From the NCBI GenBank assembly GCA_031082145.1, contig JAVHLP010000008.1, positions 8,818-72,817 of the forward strand: a stretch of DNA of 64,000 nucleotides. Reading direction: 5' to 3'. Under the pieces are notes generated by a model, which saw only the letters and a list, made by a program, of their open reading frames with translations, was not told the origin of the DNA and did no database searches. Positions 27,396 through 37,318 of the stretch are shown here, piece by piece. Position numbers and translations under genes: made by a program. The first letter of the stretch is position 1. Each line of letters starts with the position of its first letter. This stretch comes from a bacterium. Its GTDB lineage: Bacteria > Bacillota > Sulfobacillia > UBA995.

Positions 27396-27676
27396 GGCTC
27401 TCCCCCTTCGAGCTGGCGCAGCACCCGGGGCAGTTCCGCTAGCGAGGCGATCTCCCGGGGGCCGCCCCCTCCTCCTGGCCGCAGCCATATCGCCTTCAGG
27501 CCGGCCCGCCGCGCCCCGGCCACGTCGGCCCGGTAGTCGTCCCCCACACTGACCGTCGCTTCCGCCGGCGCCCCAATGGCGGTCACCGGCCGTTGGAAGA
27601 CGGGCAGGACCGCGGCTGCTCCCTCCATCGCCTCTACCCGCGGCCCCCAGTCGAAGACGACCGCCCGGATGGTCAA
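27392..27676 (-). pseudogene. HAD-like hydrolase remnant (motif I-like and motif IV only, 94 aa)
   Basis: MTIRAVVFDWGP is a degenerate HAD motif I (it lacks the second Asp). GDDYRADVAGARRAGLKAIWL is HAD motif IV. The roughly 130 aa that normally separate these motifs are missing. Confidence 0.3.
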
Positions 27677-27730
27677 GGTCGCCCCCCTTGCGTCCCGGAA
27701 AAGGAGTCTGGAGCCGGTCCGGCGAGAGTC

Positions 27731-28936
27731 TCAGCCGCCCGTGCCCGGGAGCTCCACCCGGCGAAAGCGCCAGCCGCTCTCCGCCCACTCCAGGTAGTAG
27801 ACCTCGCGGCCCACCAGGCCAAGCAGGCACAGCGGGCGCTCCGAGACCGCCACCTCGGTCAGGCTACCGGTCTCCACCTGGCAGCAGACCAGGCGGCAGT
27901 TGCCCTCGTCGCCTCGCAAGGCCAGGATCAGGCATCCCGGCGGGCCGGCCATGGCGGTCGCGGCCCACACTCCTTCGGCAATGATGCGGGCGGAACCGGA
28001 GAAGAGATCCCTCACCAGAATCCGCCGCCCCTCGCCGGTGAAGGCGTGCGCTACCTGGCCGAGTACAAGGCTGGTGCCCGGCAAGAGGGACAGCAGACGC
28101 CAACCCTGTAGAGGATCGGTCTCCAGGATGGTCACCGTCCCGGTGCCGGCGTCCAGCACCCCGAAGCCGTGGGTGTGCCCCCCGCCGGTCCCGATGGCGC
28201 CCAACTCGACCACCAGCCGGTCGGGAGTCCACCAGCCCCAGGGGTAGTAGCCCCGTCCATCGGCGGTCAGCCGCTCGAGTCCCCCCGCCCGCCAGTCCCA
28301 GACCCAAAGGTCTTCTTCCAGGTCGTCATCAAACAGCGTGAAGTACACCCGCCCCCCGTCGGGCGAGAACAGCGGGCTTCTCACCTCCGCCGTCTCGGCC
28401 AGGGGGGCGATCCAGGTCTCGCCGGTCAGGGGATTGAGCGTGGCCAGCGGGCGGCCGAGGACCAGCCAGACCCCGTCATCCGACCAGGCCAGGGGGCCGA
28501 CCCGGCCTTCGGCCAGGCGTACCAGGCTCCCGTCGATACCGCCCCGGTAGACGCCGGGGGGGTCCTCCATCACCACCGCGAAAGCGTCTCCCCGGGGGCT
28601 CCAGAGCAACTCCCAGGGCCCGGCTGCACCGGTGTCGAAGCAGGCCCGCTCCTCCAGTCCGGGCAGTCCCAGCAGCCGGAGGCGATCCCCGGCCACTCCC
28701 AGCAGGAACCCGCCGCCGGGCGAGATGGCCGGTGGCGGCCGGTCGGCCAACTCCAGGTCTCCGGCCGGAGACAGCGCCGGCGGGGGGCCCGGTGGCCGGG
28801 GAGCAGGAGTGACGGTCGGGCTGCCGCAGCCGGACAAGGCCAGCACCAGCATGAGCGGGAACACAAGCGGCCGGAGGTCGGGCAAGCGCGTTCCTCCCTC
28901 TGAAAAGAGTTTAGTGCGCCGGGCGGGAAAGCTCAA
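27731..28936 (-). CDS. lipoprotein with TolB-like beta-propeller repeats
   Basis: The signal peptide ends LVLALSGCGS (lipobox). Several SPDGGRVYF / WSDDGVWLV-type repeats follow. Confidence 0.6.
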   Translation of the reverse strand: MSFPARRTKLFSEGGTRLPDLRPLVFPLMLVLALSGCGSPTVTPAPRPPGPPPALSPAGDLELADRPPPAISPGGGFLLGVAGDRLRLLGLPGLEERACFDTGAAGPWELLWSPRGDAFAVVMEDPPGVYRGGIDGSLVRLAEGRVGPLAWSDDGVWLVLGRPLATLNPLTGETWIAPLAETAEVRSPLFSPDGGRVYFTLFDDDLEEDLWVWDWRAGGLERLTADGRGYYPWGWWTPDRLVVELGAIGTGGGHTHGFGVLDAGTGTVTILETDPLQGWRLLSLLPGTSLVLGQVAHAFTGEGRRILVRDLFSGSARIIAEGVWAATAMAGPPGCLILALRGDEGNCRLVCCQVETGSLTEVAVSERPLCLLGLVGREVYYLEWAESGWRFRRVELPGTGG

Positions 28937-29084
28937 GGGGTGCTCCCCGGCGCCGGCAGGACCGCCGGGCCGGGGCCGGACTCCCGTCCTGTGGTCACTG
29001 GGGGACCGCGATCACCCACCAGACCTTCGTGGGGCGGTCACGCTCATGGTTGCCCGGCGGGCGATGAAAGAGCCTGGAACGGCG

Positions 29085-29118
29085 GGCGGACCCGGCAACC
29101 TTGCCGGATCCGCCCTCG
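29085..29118 (-). terminator. stem-loop immediately 3' of rnpB
   Basis: GGGCGGAUCCGGCAA-GG-UUGCCGGGUCCGCCC (15-bp stem, one mismatch) directly follows the P1 3' strand. Confidence 0.35.
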
Positions 29119-29120
29119 TG

Positions 29121-29489
29121 GCGACCAGATCGATAAGCCGAGTTCAGTCGAGGATGGTCATCTCTCTGGGACCAGGGTTGCCCCATGGCCTCATGCGACC
29201 AACCCGAGGGGTCGGCGGGCCGCGTCATTCCCCTCCTATTTGGTCTTGCTCCGGGTGGGGTTTGCCTAGCCGGCCCGTCACCGGACCGCTGGTGAGCTCT
29301 TACCTCACCGTTGCACCCTTGCCCGTCAGGGACGGGCGGTACGTTTTCTGTGGCACTTTCCTTGGGGTCGCCCCCACTGGGTGTTACCCAGCACCCTGCC
29401 CTGCGGAGCTCGGACTTTCCTCGGGCACGGCCTCGCGGCGCTTGTGCCCGCGACCACCTGATCTGGTCAGCCGATCGGCTTATACTCGC
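29121..29489 (-). ncRNA. rnpB: RNase P RNA (bacterial type A)
   Basis: The minus strand carries the universally conserved GAGGAAAGUCCGAGCUCC...CAGGGUGCUGGGUAACACCCAGUGGGGGCGACCCCAAGGAAAGUGCCACAGAAAACGUACCGCC P4 region, ...GGUAAGAGCUCACCAG..., ...ACCCGGAGCAAGACCAAAUAGG... and the 3' ...GAACUCGGCUUAUCGAUCUGGUCGCC, which pairs with the 5' GCCGAUCGGCUGACCAG as helix P1. This is nearly colinear with E. coli M1 RNA. The 5' end sits ~7 nt downstream of a -10 box. Confidence 0.9.
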
Positions 29490-29495
29490 CCCTTC

Positions 29496-29524
29496 ATGTT
29501 AGCATGGCTAAAGCGACCCGTCAA
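29496..29524 (-). promoter_or_regulatory. sigma-A-type promoter of rnpB
   Basis: On the minus strand, TTGACG (-35), a 17-nt spacer and TAACAT (-10) lie 7 nt upstream of the predicted RNA 5' end. Confidence 0.45.
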
Positions 29525-29630
29525 CAAATCGCCTTGGTCGCAACTCGGCCGGCCGTGGGGAGGCATCAACTTGACCCCGGCGGGTCCTTTGGGTCAGCTC
29601 GGCCCGGGGAACGTTGCCCCGGGGAAGAGC

Positions 29631-31031
29631 TCAGAAGATGATCGTGAAGACGGCTCCCTTTCCGGTGTTGCCGGCCTCAATCTTGCCGTTGTGCTGCTCA
29701 ATGATGGACTCCACAATGGAAAGCCCGATGCCGTGCTTGCCCCCGCTGCCTTTGTAGAAGCGATCAAAAATGCGGGGAAGGTCTTCGCCTGCTATGCCGT
29801 CACCGTCGTCGATCACCGAGACGGTTGTCCTGCCGTTCTCCTGACGGCAGGCAAGGGTGATGGTGCTTCTTGCGTACCTGAGCGCGTTTGAGATGAGGTT
29901 TGAGAAGGCACGGGACATGCGCTTTTCATCGCATAGCAGGTTTACCGGCTCGCCATCAAACTCGAAGATGAACTGGAGATTCCGCTCCGCCGCCAGGCTT
30001 CTCTGACGCTCGGCGCAGTTTGAGAGGAGTTCGCGCAGGTCATGCTGTTCAGTTCTGCCGCTCGGGGTTATGCTATCAATCCGCGAGAGGTAAAGCAAGT
30101 CCTCAACCATCTCGCTGAGCCGATCGGTTTCGCCCATTATCACCCGGCTCGATCGCCTGGGGTCCAGAATCCCGTGTGCGATGCCTTCGGCGTTGCACCT
30201 GATAGTCTGCAGCGGAGTCCTGAGCTCATGGGACACGTTTTGGAAGAAGGTCTTCTGCTCCTTGTCGTAGGCATCAAGCTGAGCGGCCGCTTTGTTCATG
30301 CTCTCGGCAAGCTCTGCGAGTTCCCTATCCCTGTAGTTCAAGGCGCTGGTCGCGAAGTCTCCCTTCCCTATTCTCACTGCAAGCCGTTTGAGCTCTCTGA
30401 CCGGTGCCGCGATCCTGTCCGACAGAAACATGGCGATGCCGAAGGCCAGAACCCCGGCCACACCCATGACCACCGAGAGCACGGTGTTTAGGCGATCGGA
30501 GAAGGAGGTGATGGCCGTCATGTCGATGTAGTATACCAGGTAGGACAGCCCCCCCGGCATCGGCACCGAGACCAGGTAATACTCCCTGTCGGAGACCTTG
30601 AGCCGCAGGATCTCGGCCTTCCGCAGATCCACCCCCTCGGCCTCCAACTGCGCCACGACGGCGCTTATCTCATCATGATTGGGGATGAAGTTCAGGCCGG
30701 GATCGGGGAACAGGAGTTCGTAGTCTTCGGACACGATTACCGCCTCGGCCCTGCCGATCGGGCCCCTCGGCAGCCTTCTCATGTCGGGGATGAACTCCGG
30801 CCTGTGGTCCGGCGGAGGCTGGCTCACGGGTGGGGGGCCTTGGACGTTCCCCATGTCACTTAGCACTTGGAGGGCCTCTCTCAGCTGTTCGTTCACGCTG
30901 GCCTTGATGTACTCGCCGACCAGCAGGTTGAAGACCGCCAGGACAACCAGGAAGATGGCGGCGATCAGAGACAGCACCATGACCAGAATCCGGGTGCGGA
31001 TGCTGATCTTAAGCGTGCGGGTCTTACTCAC
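29631..31031 (-). CDS. sensor histidine kinase (HAMP-HisKA-HATPase)
   Basis: Two TM helices, a HisKA H-box (NVSHELRTPLQTI) and N/G1/G2 ATPase motifs (SNALRYA, DDGDGIAGEDLPRIFDRFYKG, GIGLSIV). GC is lower than the surroundings. Confidence 0.8.
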   Translation of the reverse strand: MSKTRTLKISIRTRILVMVLSLIAAIFLVVLAVFNLLVGEYIKASVNEQLREALQVLSDMGNVQGPPPVSQPPPDHRPEFIPDMRRLPRGPIGRAEAVIVSEDYELLFPDPGLNFIPNHDEISAVVAQLEAEGVDLRKAEILRLKVSDREYYLVSVPMPGGLSYLVYYIDMTAITSFSDRLNTVLSVVMGVAGVLAFGIAMFLSDRIAAPVRELKRLAVRIGKGDFATSALNYRDRELAELAESMNKAAAQLDAYDKEQKTFFQNVSHELRTPLQTIRCNAEGIAHGILDPRRSSRVIMGETDRLSEMVEDLLYLSRIDSITPSGRTEQHDLRELLSNCAERQRSLAAERNLQFIFEFDGEPVNLLCDEKRMSRAFSNLISNALRYARSTITLACRQENGRTTVSVIDDGDGIAGEDLPRIFDRFYKGSGGKHGIGLSIVESIIEQHNGKIEAGNTGKGAVFTIIF

Positions 31032-31725
31032 CGGCCGGGCGTTCCTTAAGGCGAAAACCAAAGCCCCACACCGTCTCAATGAGAGTCCTGCTGCCCGATA
31101 GTTTCTTCCGCAGCCGCCGCACGGTGTCGTCGGCGGCTCGCGTTTCCACTTCGCTATTGTACCCCCATATCTTGTTCAACAGTTCCTCCCGGGATATGGC
31201 TCTGTCTTTGTGCTGGATGAGATAACACAAGAGATTGTACTCATTCGGCGTGAGCTCCAAGGGAGCGCCCTCAAGCACTGCGGTCTTGTTGTTAAGGTCC
31301 ACTCGAACACCGGCATGCTCAAGAACAAGCGGCAGCGGAGTCTTCTTCTCCTTCGTATCGAATTCCATCCGGCGGAATATCGCCTTCACTCTCATGACAA
31401 GCGATATGGCCGAGAATGGCTTGGTGAAGTAGTCGTCGCTGCCGAGGTTTATCCCGGTGGCATATTCCAGCTCACCCTCACGAGCCGTGAGCATGATGAT
31501 GGGAACGGTGCTGATCTTGCGCAATTCCGAGCATACGGCAAACCCACTGGACCCCGGCATCATCACGTCGAGGATCACCAGGTCGCTTGGCCTCTCCCGG
31601 AAGGCGGCGAGCAACTGGTCGCCGTCCTCGAAGGCGCTGACGCAATACCCCTCACTCTCCAAGAAAGACTTGACCACCTCGCGTATGTTCTGCTCGTCGT
31701 CGGCAATGTAGATGCGCTCGTTCAT
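31024..31725 (-). CDS. OmpR-family response regulator
   Basis: The receiver domain has the phospho-acceptor context (DLVILDVMMPG). The winged-helix region reads TPNEYNLLCYL...WGFGFRL. The start is at MNERIYIADDE. Confidence 0.85.
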   Translation of the reverse strand: MNERIYIADDEQNIREVVKSFLESEGYCVSAFEDGDQLLAAFRERPSDLVILDVMMPGSSGFAVCSELRKISTVPIIMLTAREGELEYATGINLGSDDYFTKPFSAISLVMRVKAIFRRMEFDTKEKKTPLPLVLEHAGVRVDLNNKTAVLEGAPLELTPNEYNLLCYLIQHKDRAISREELLNKIWGYNSEVETRAADDTVRRLRKKLSGSRTLIETVWGFGFRLKERPAGE

Positions 31726-31798
31726 GCCCTTGTCCACCTCCCCTTCTATCGTTGCCCAGCCGGCAGCCAGCTTCACCCCGGGGAAGGCAGGGCTCTCC

Positions 31799-33535
31799 TC
31801 AGGGACCACCGGCTGCCACGTGTCTCCGGCCCTTGAAAGACGCGGCCAGGATGACGCCGGCAGTCATGACAAGGCCCCATGCCAGCAAGGGAGCCGCCGA
31901 GTTGCCTTCGCCGGTCGCCGTGAGGCCGGGCTCTTCTCCCGGCCGGATGCCGGGTGCGGGCTCACCGCGGCCACCCGGGAGAGGTCCCGGCGGCAGCACG
32001 GCCCCGGGTTGGCGGCCGGCACCCTCCCCGGGAGGCCTCACCGCGTCGCCACGGGGAAGCTGCGGCGCGAGGGGCCCACCCCCACCCAGGTTCGGCACTC
32101 TACCTCCGGCCATTCCCATGCCGCTACCGGCGTTGGTGGAGGGCAATTCCCCGCTGAGCTGCCGGTGAATTGACGTGGACATTGCGGCAGCGAGTTCAAG
32201 CAGCCCGGGGACGTTTCCGCCCAGGCCCGGCACTCCGCCTATCTGGAAGCCCTGGCGGCCCGGTTGGGCGGCCACCCCTGGCAGCTGCGGCAACACTCCT
32301 GCTTGATCTGCGTCACCCATGGCGCCGCCGGCAACGGTGCCGGAGATGCTCATCACAAACTGCTCGTAGGTGTAGAAGGCGGTGGGATCGGTCCTGACGT
32401 ATTCCGAGATGAGTTCAAAGAGCCGCGCGGTTTCCGCTTCCAGATAGCCCCCGCTCAGGTACTCGGTGGCGACCCATTCGAGGTAGGCATGATAGGTCTC
32501 AAGACGTCGCTCATCCTTTAGGAGTTCGGCGATGAGGGGTCTATCGGCCAGTGGCCCCTGGGTCGGCTCGTCGATGTACACGCTCTGAGCATCGCCGTTG
32601 AAGCCGAAACCACCGAAGGCCATGTTCAGGTCCCATGGCAGGATGGTGAACACCCCGCTTCGCTCGTACAAGTAGTAGTTGTGGGCAAAGTTGCCCTGGT
32701 AGCTGTCGAAGTTGACGAGGGCCGTGCTGACGGCAATGTACCTCAGGGCCGCGTCGACGTCCAGGTACCTCTCGATGTCGCCACCGTTGTTCAGCGCGTC
32801 CAGCATCCTCGTGAGCTTGGACCAGTCGGCCTTCTTCAGCGTACTCTTCACCTCGAGGCTCGAATAGCCTGCCGGATCGGTGCCGTTGTACTTCAAGGTA
32901 TTCCCCACCGACTTGTACAGATCTCCGGTAAGGTCCCCGAAGTTCCGCTCGAGATAGGGCTCAAGTATGCTCTCAACCGCGAGGTAGAGCCCGAAGTACT
33001 CGCCGTTCACATATACGGCGGCAGGGGCGAAGGCCGGCACGGCCACCCCCATCTCCTCGAATATCTGGTAGGAGAGATACTCCCGCATGTAGGAGGGATC
33101 GGAGAAGCCGTTGTTCAGGTTCAACTGGGTCAACCCCGCCAGGGTCTGGTTCTCTATTAGGCCGTTGAAGTTGAGCTTGAAGCTGTAGCGGTTGCCGCCG
33201 CTGCGGGCGACCGTCATGAGGCTGGAATTGCCCTTGGGCCGGATCTTCACGAACGGGTAGACGTCGCCGTTGACGGTAACCGTCGCGATCCGGAACTCCT
33301 CCTGGCGAGCATTTTCTATCATGTACGCCCAATCGGCTTCGCTCATCTCAATGCGGATGTCCATGACCTCGTCGCGCTGGAAATACCGGGTCACGTACTC
33401 GTCACCGTAAACGGTGACGACACCGGTGCCGAACATCCTGAAGCCGGCGATGAAGAGGGTCACCAGCCCGGCCATCACCAGGGACAGGGCCGCGATCTTC
33501 ACGTCGACCGTTCGCTCAGGATGCATATTCACCAC
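31799..33535 (-). CDS. CotH-family protein (spore-coat-protein-H-like atypical kinase), membrane-anchored
   Basis: An N-terminal TM anchor precedes the CotH domain (NGDVYPFVKIRPKGNSS...NLNNGFSDPSYMREYLSYQIFEEMG...NFDSYQGNFAHNYYLYE) and a Gly/Pro-rich tail with a C-terminal TM. GC is lower. Confidence 0.75.
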   Translation of the reverse strand: MVNMHPERTVDVKIAALSLVMAGLVTLFIAGFRMFGTGVVTVYGDEYVTRYFQRDEVMDIRIEMSEADWAYMIENARQEEFRIATVTVNGDVYPFVKIRPKGNSSLMTVARSGGNRYSFKLNFNGLIENQTLAGLTQLNLNNGFSDPSYMREYLSYQIFEEMGVAVPAFAPAAVYVNGEYFGLYLAVESILEPYLERNFGDLTGDLYKSVGNTLKYNGTDPAGYSSLEVKSTLKKADWSKLTRMLDALNNGGDIERYLDVDAALRYIAVSTALVNFDSYQGNFAHNYYLYERSGVFTILPWDLNMAFGGFGFNGDAQSVYIDEPTQGPLADRPLIAELLKDERRLETYHAYLEWVATEYLSGGYLEAETARLFELISEYVRTDPTAFYTYEQFVMSISGTVAGGAMGDADQAGVLPQLPGVAAQPGRQGFQIGGVPGLGGNVPGLLELAAAMSTSIHRQLSGELPSTNAGSGMGMAGGRVPNLGGGGPLAPQLPRGDAVRPPGEGAGRQPGAVLPPGPLPGGRGEPAPGIRPGEEPGLTATGEGNSAAPLLAWGLVMTAGVILAASFKGRRHVAAGGP

Positions 33536-34196
33536 TGAAGCTCATCAGGGCCGCGTTGGTGACCCCCGGGATTATCGACAGCTCGTTCACAAACCTGGTC
33601 TCACCGGTTTTCAGGCGTATCTCGAAGACGAGTTCAATGCCTCTCGCCGCCGAGACCGTCTTGGACTTGACGCGGTACCGGGAGACGTTCCTCCTCATCA
33701 GATCCACGGCATCGCCTTCCGCCCCCTCGTCCGCGCAGTTGATGATCACGATGTAGGGAGTCTCGATCACGTTCTGGCTGACAAAGGCGATGAGGATAAT
33801 GCCGATGATCACCGAACCCAGCACGGCCAGCGGGATCAGCCCCGCGCCCAGGACGATTCCCGCGCCGATGGACCAGAAGAGGAACACCAGGTCCATGGGG
33901 TCTCTTATGGCGGTGCGGAAGCGGATGATGGACAACGCGCCCACCATCCCCAGAGAGAGAACGACGTTGGAGGTCACGGCCAGGATGATGAGCGTCGTGA
34001 GCATGGTCAGAGCCACCAGCGAGACGTTGAAGGGACGCGAGTACATGACGCCCGAGAAAGTCTTCTTGTAGATCAGATAGACAAACATGCCCACGAGGAA
34101 CGCGGCCACCAGGGCCAGCACGGCGTCGGTGAAGGAGAACCCGGTCACCTTCTCCAGGAAGCTGGACTTGAAGATGTCGTTGAACGTGAACCGCAT
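33516..34196 (-). CDS. DUF4956-like membrane protein
   Basis: A polytopic N-terminal half is followed by a soluble C-terminal domain, the architecture that typically accompanies CotH and VTC proteins. The call is from memory. Confidence 0.55.
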   Translation of the reverse strand: MRFTFNDIFKSSFLEKVTGFSFTDAVLALVAAFLVGMFVYLIYKKTFSGVMYSRPFNVSLVALTMLTTLIILAVTSNVVLSLGMVGALSIIRFRTAIRDPMDLVFLFWSIGAGIVLGAGLIPLAVLGSVIIGIILIAFVSQNVIETPYIVIINCADEGAEGDAVDLMRRNVSRYRVKSKTVSAARGIELVFEIRLKTGETRFVNELSIIPGVTNAALMSFSGEYAS

Positions 34197-34217
34197 TGGA
34201 TCGGCTCCTCTCGCAGA

Positions 34218-34904
34218 CTACGTGTAGACTCGGCAGGCGGCGTACTTCGAGACTGCCACCGGCGAGCATTTTCCCAGCTGGATGATGTCCTGGACCACTT
34301 CCGGCAGGAACCCGTCGAACTTCACCTCCAGGATGCAGATGCCGGGTTCCAGGGCCGGTGCGGTTGGGAGATCGGCATCAAACAGGTCGGTGGCGTTTAT
34401 CGACGCCCTGACGTCACTGTCCAGGGTCACCCGCACGTTGCCGGGGCGGTGGAGGTAGGCCTCCCGCAAGTAATCCACAACCGTTCTGGGGAGCCAGCGT
34501 TCCGTCCTGACCTTCAGGTAGAACTCCCTCAATAGCACCTGATCCGAGTCTCTCAGGAAGGCGACCTCACCCCTGCAGATGTCCTGCACCTCTTCCCTGG
34601 TCACTCTGGCTCCGAGCTTCGCGGCCTTGCCGTAGTGCTTGACCTTCTTCTCCAGCCGGATGAAGCTATGGTCGTGATTGTACAAGCGGATGCGGAATTT
34701 CTCCTTCATGGGCGCCCCGTCGATCTTGTCCCGGAGTGCACGGTCCTCGGGGGTGTCGAAATACAGGCTCCGGACATGATAGCTGCCTTCCGGCCGGGCA
34801 TGGGGGTCCAGGCGCAGGACGCAGGACAGCCTGCTCCTGAGAACTGCCGCGTCGGCCACGGTGATGATGTGTTTGAACTCGTTCCGATACGCCAGGTTGG
34901 TCAC
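34218..34904 (-). CDS. VTC-domain (CYTH-like, polyphosphate-polymerase-type) protein
   Basis: The product has the EFKHII, RSLYFDT and LEVKFDG elements of the CYTH/VTC triphosphate-tunnel fold and is 228 aa. Confidence 0.6.
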   Translation of the reverse strand: MTNLAYRNEFKHIITVADAAVLRSRLSCVLRLDPHARPEGSYHVRSLYFDTPEDRALRDKIDGAPMKEKFRIRLYNHDHSFIRLEKKVKHYGKAAKLGARVTREEVQDICRGEVAFLRDSDQVLLREFYLKVRTERWLPRTVVDYLREAYLHRPGNVRVTLDSDVRASINATDLFDADLPTAPALEPGICILEVKFDGFLPEVVQDIIQLGKCSPVAVSKYAACRVYT

Positions 34905-35117
34905 TCGGCGCCACCTCGCTTCCTCGCCCTGGCGGCCTTCTCACCTTGATTCTAACCGGGAACGGGGGTGGGAAGCTCCGAAAAGCAGCGGCGGTAATGC
35001 CGCGGAACTGCCGCAACCCCGCCCCCGCCCGGGAGGACCCTGGCGAAGCAGGATGGGAGAGCCGATCCGGCGAAAGGGAGGCCGCGTACGGTGGCCGGGA
35101 AAGGCCCACAATAGGCA

Positions 35118-36911
35118 ATGGGCCCGCGGCCGTCTAAACGAACCCAGGGGTCAGGAGGCAGGCCGGTGGAAGATGTAGGTTGCGGCAGCGCGATCAACTT
35201 CATCCAGAGCATCATTGACAAGGACCGGGCCGAGGGCTGGAATGACGGCCGGGTGCATACCCGGTTCCCTCCTGAACCAAATGGGTACCTGCATATCGGT
35301 CATGCCAAGGCCGTCATCCTCAATTACGGGCTGGCCGTAAGGAACAACGGTCTGTTCAACCTGCGCTTTGACGATACCAACCCTGCAACCGAGAACGAGG
35401 AGTTCGTGGAGTCGATCATCCGCGATGTCAAGTGGCTGGGAGCGGACTGGGGCGATCGGTTGTTCTTCGCCTCCGACTACTTCGATCAGTTCTATGACTT
35501 TGCCGTTCAGCTGATTGAGAAAGGGAAAGCCTACGTCTGTGACCTGAGCCAGGACGAGATGCGCGAGCACCGGGGGACTCTCACCCGGCCGGGGCGGGAG
35601 AGCCCTCACCGCGATCGCCCGATTGAGGAGAACCTCGACCTGTTCAAACGGATGCGAGCCGGTGAGTTCGCAGCCGGCTCACGAACCTTGAGGGCGAAGA
35701 TCGACATGGCCTCGGCCAACATGAACCTGCGGGACCCCGTGCTCTACCGCATCCTGCACGCGCGTCACCACCGGACCGGGGACCGCTGGTGCATCTACCC
35801 GATGTATGACTACGCCCATCCCCTGGGCGATGCCCTGGAGAGCATCACCCATTCCATCTGTACCCTGGAATACTGCGACCACCGGCCGCTCTATGACTGG
35901 GTGCTCGACAACGTGGATTATCAGCTGGTGCCGGGCGTTCGAGGACGGCCCAAGCAAATCGAGTTCGCCCGGCTGAACACCAACTACACCGTCATGAGCA
36001 AACGCAAGCTCCGGCGGCTGGTTGAGGAGGGCCACGTGAGCGGGTGGGACGACCCCCGCATGCCCACCATTGCCGGTATCCGCCGGCGAGGGTATACTCC
36101 CGAGGCCATCCGCTCCTTCTGCGATCAGATCGGGGTGGCCAAGAGCGATAGCGTGGTGGACCTGGCCTTCCTGGAGCACTGCGTCCGGGAGGACCTGAAC
36201 CGAAAGGCCCCGCGGGTGATGGCCGTCCTCCGGCCCCTGAAGCTGACCATCGTCAACTACCCCGAGGGCCAGACGGAGTGGTTGGAGGTCGAGAACAACC
36301 CGGAGGATCCCGCCGGCGGCAGCCGCCGGGTACCGCTGGCCCGGGAGTTGTACGTCGAGCAGGATGACTTCCGGGAGGATCCGCCTCCCAAATTCTTCCG
36401 CCTGGCGCCCGGCCGCGAGGTTCGCCTCAAGGGCGCGTACATCATCAAATGCGAGCGCGCCCTGAAGGATCCGTCCACCGGGGCGATCATCGAGTTGCAG
36501 TGTACCCATGACCCGGAGACCAGGAGCGGGGGGCCCGGCAGCGACCGAAAGGTCAAAGCCACCATCCACTGGGTGTCGGCGACGCACAGCCTTCCCGCCA
36601 CGGTCCGCCTCTATGACAAGCTGTTTCTGACCGCGGACGCCGAGGCGGGCCCGGAGGACCAGGACTTCACGGCCAACCTCAACCCGGAATCGATCGAGGT
36701 CCTCAACCAGTGCCGGGTGGAACCCGCGGTGGCCCACGCCACCGCCGGGAGCCGCTACCAGTTCCTACGGCAGGCCTACTTCCATGCCGATCCTGAGGAC
36801 TCCCGGGAAGGCCACCCCGTCTTCAACCGCATAGTCAGCCTGCGCGACGACTGGGCCCGGGCACAGAAGGCGCGGTCACCCGATGGACCCGGCGACGGGA
36901 CGGCAAGGTAG
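35118..36911 (+). CDS. glnS: glutaminyl-tRNA synthetase
   Basis: [35 protein letters not shown] is near-identical to the E. coli GlnRS block. KMSKS (VMSKRK) and the C-terminal anticodon-binding domain are present. Confidence 0.9.
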   Translation: MGPRPSKRTQGSGGRPVEDVGCGSAINFIQSIIDKDRAEGWNDGRVHTRFPPEPNGYLHIGHAKAVILNYGLAVRNNGLFNLRFDDTNPATENEEFVESIIRDVKWLGADWGDRLFFASDYFDQFYDFAVQLIEKGKAYVCDLSQDEMREHRGTLTRPGRESPHRDRPIEENLDLFKRMRAGEFAAGSRTLRAKIDMASANMNLRDPVLYRILHARHHRTGDRWCIYPMYDYAHPLGDALESITHSICTLEYCDHRPLYDWVLDNVDYQLVPGVRGRPKQIEFARLNTNYTVMSKRKLRRLVEEGHVSGWDDPRMPTIAGIRRRGYTPEAIRSFCDQIGVAKSDSVVDLAFLEHCVREDLNRKAPRVMAVLRPLKLTIVNYPEGQTEWLEVENNPEDPAGGSRRVPLARELYVEQDDFREDPPPKFFRLAPGREVRLKGAYIIKCERALKDPSTGAIIELQCTHDPETRSGGPGSDRKVKATIHWVSATHSLPATVRLYDKLFLTADAEAGPEDQDFTANLNPESIEVLNQCRVEPAVAHATAGSRYQFLRQAYFHADPEDSREGHPVFNRIVSLRDDWARAQKARSPDGPGDGTAR

Positions 36912-37318
36912 TCCCTCGTCGCGACTTCAGCGGCCGGCCTCCCTGGCTTCCAGCCGCCAGACCGTACCCCGCTTGGAGGGACAGGAGATCAACCAGACCC
37001 GCTTGTCAGTCTCCCAGGATGGCGCTCCTAACGAGCACAGGATGGCAGGGACCATGATGGATTGGATCAGGGCCCCGCACATCCCCGGCGGAGGTCTCCC
37101 CGTCCACTCGAAGGTCTGCCCCAGTTCATACTCACACTCTCCCCGCTTCTCCACCATATGACGATGTCCACCGGCACCCTTACTCCCCTGGCGACGCTCA
37201 CCGGCCATCACCCCGGTCTCGCGTTCGCCGGGCCTGGCCGCGTTACCTCCCGCGTCCGACCGGGCCGGCATGCCGTTGGCAAAGGTGAACTCCCCTGCCG
37301 TGGCCAATCCCCCCCGGG

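Noticed and set aside
27396-27830. N-terminal 145 aa of the listed 473-aa ORF 26409..27830
   Set aside because: It is a Gly/Arg-rich extension that overlaps the HAD-like ORF in another frame. The true start is the ATG at 27395, which overlaps the HAD-remnant stop.
28632-29891. 419-aa ORF (plus overlapping small ORFs 28940..29269, 28995..29228, 29311..29502)
   Set aside because: It lies over the RNase P RNA gene and its terminator on the opposite strand, and the translation is low-complexity Pro/Gly/Arg-rich. It is an artefact of the high-GC structured RNA.
34905-35117. Possible T-box or other leader upstream of glnS
   Set aside because: There is no AGGGTGGNACCGCG T-box core and no specifier-loop arrangement. 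GGTGGCCGGG is only a superficial resemblance.
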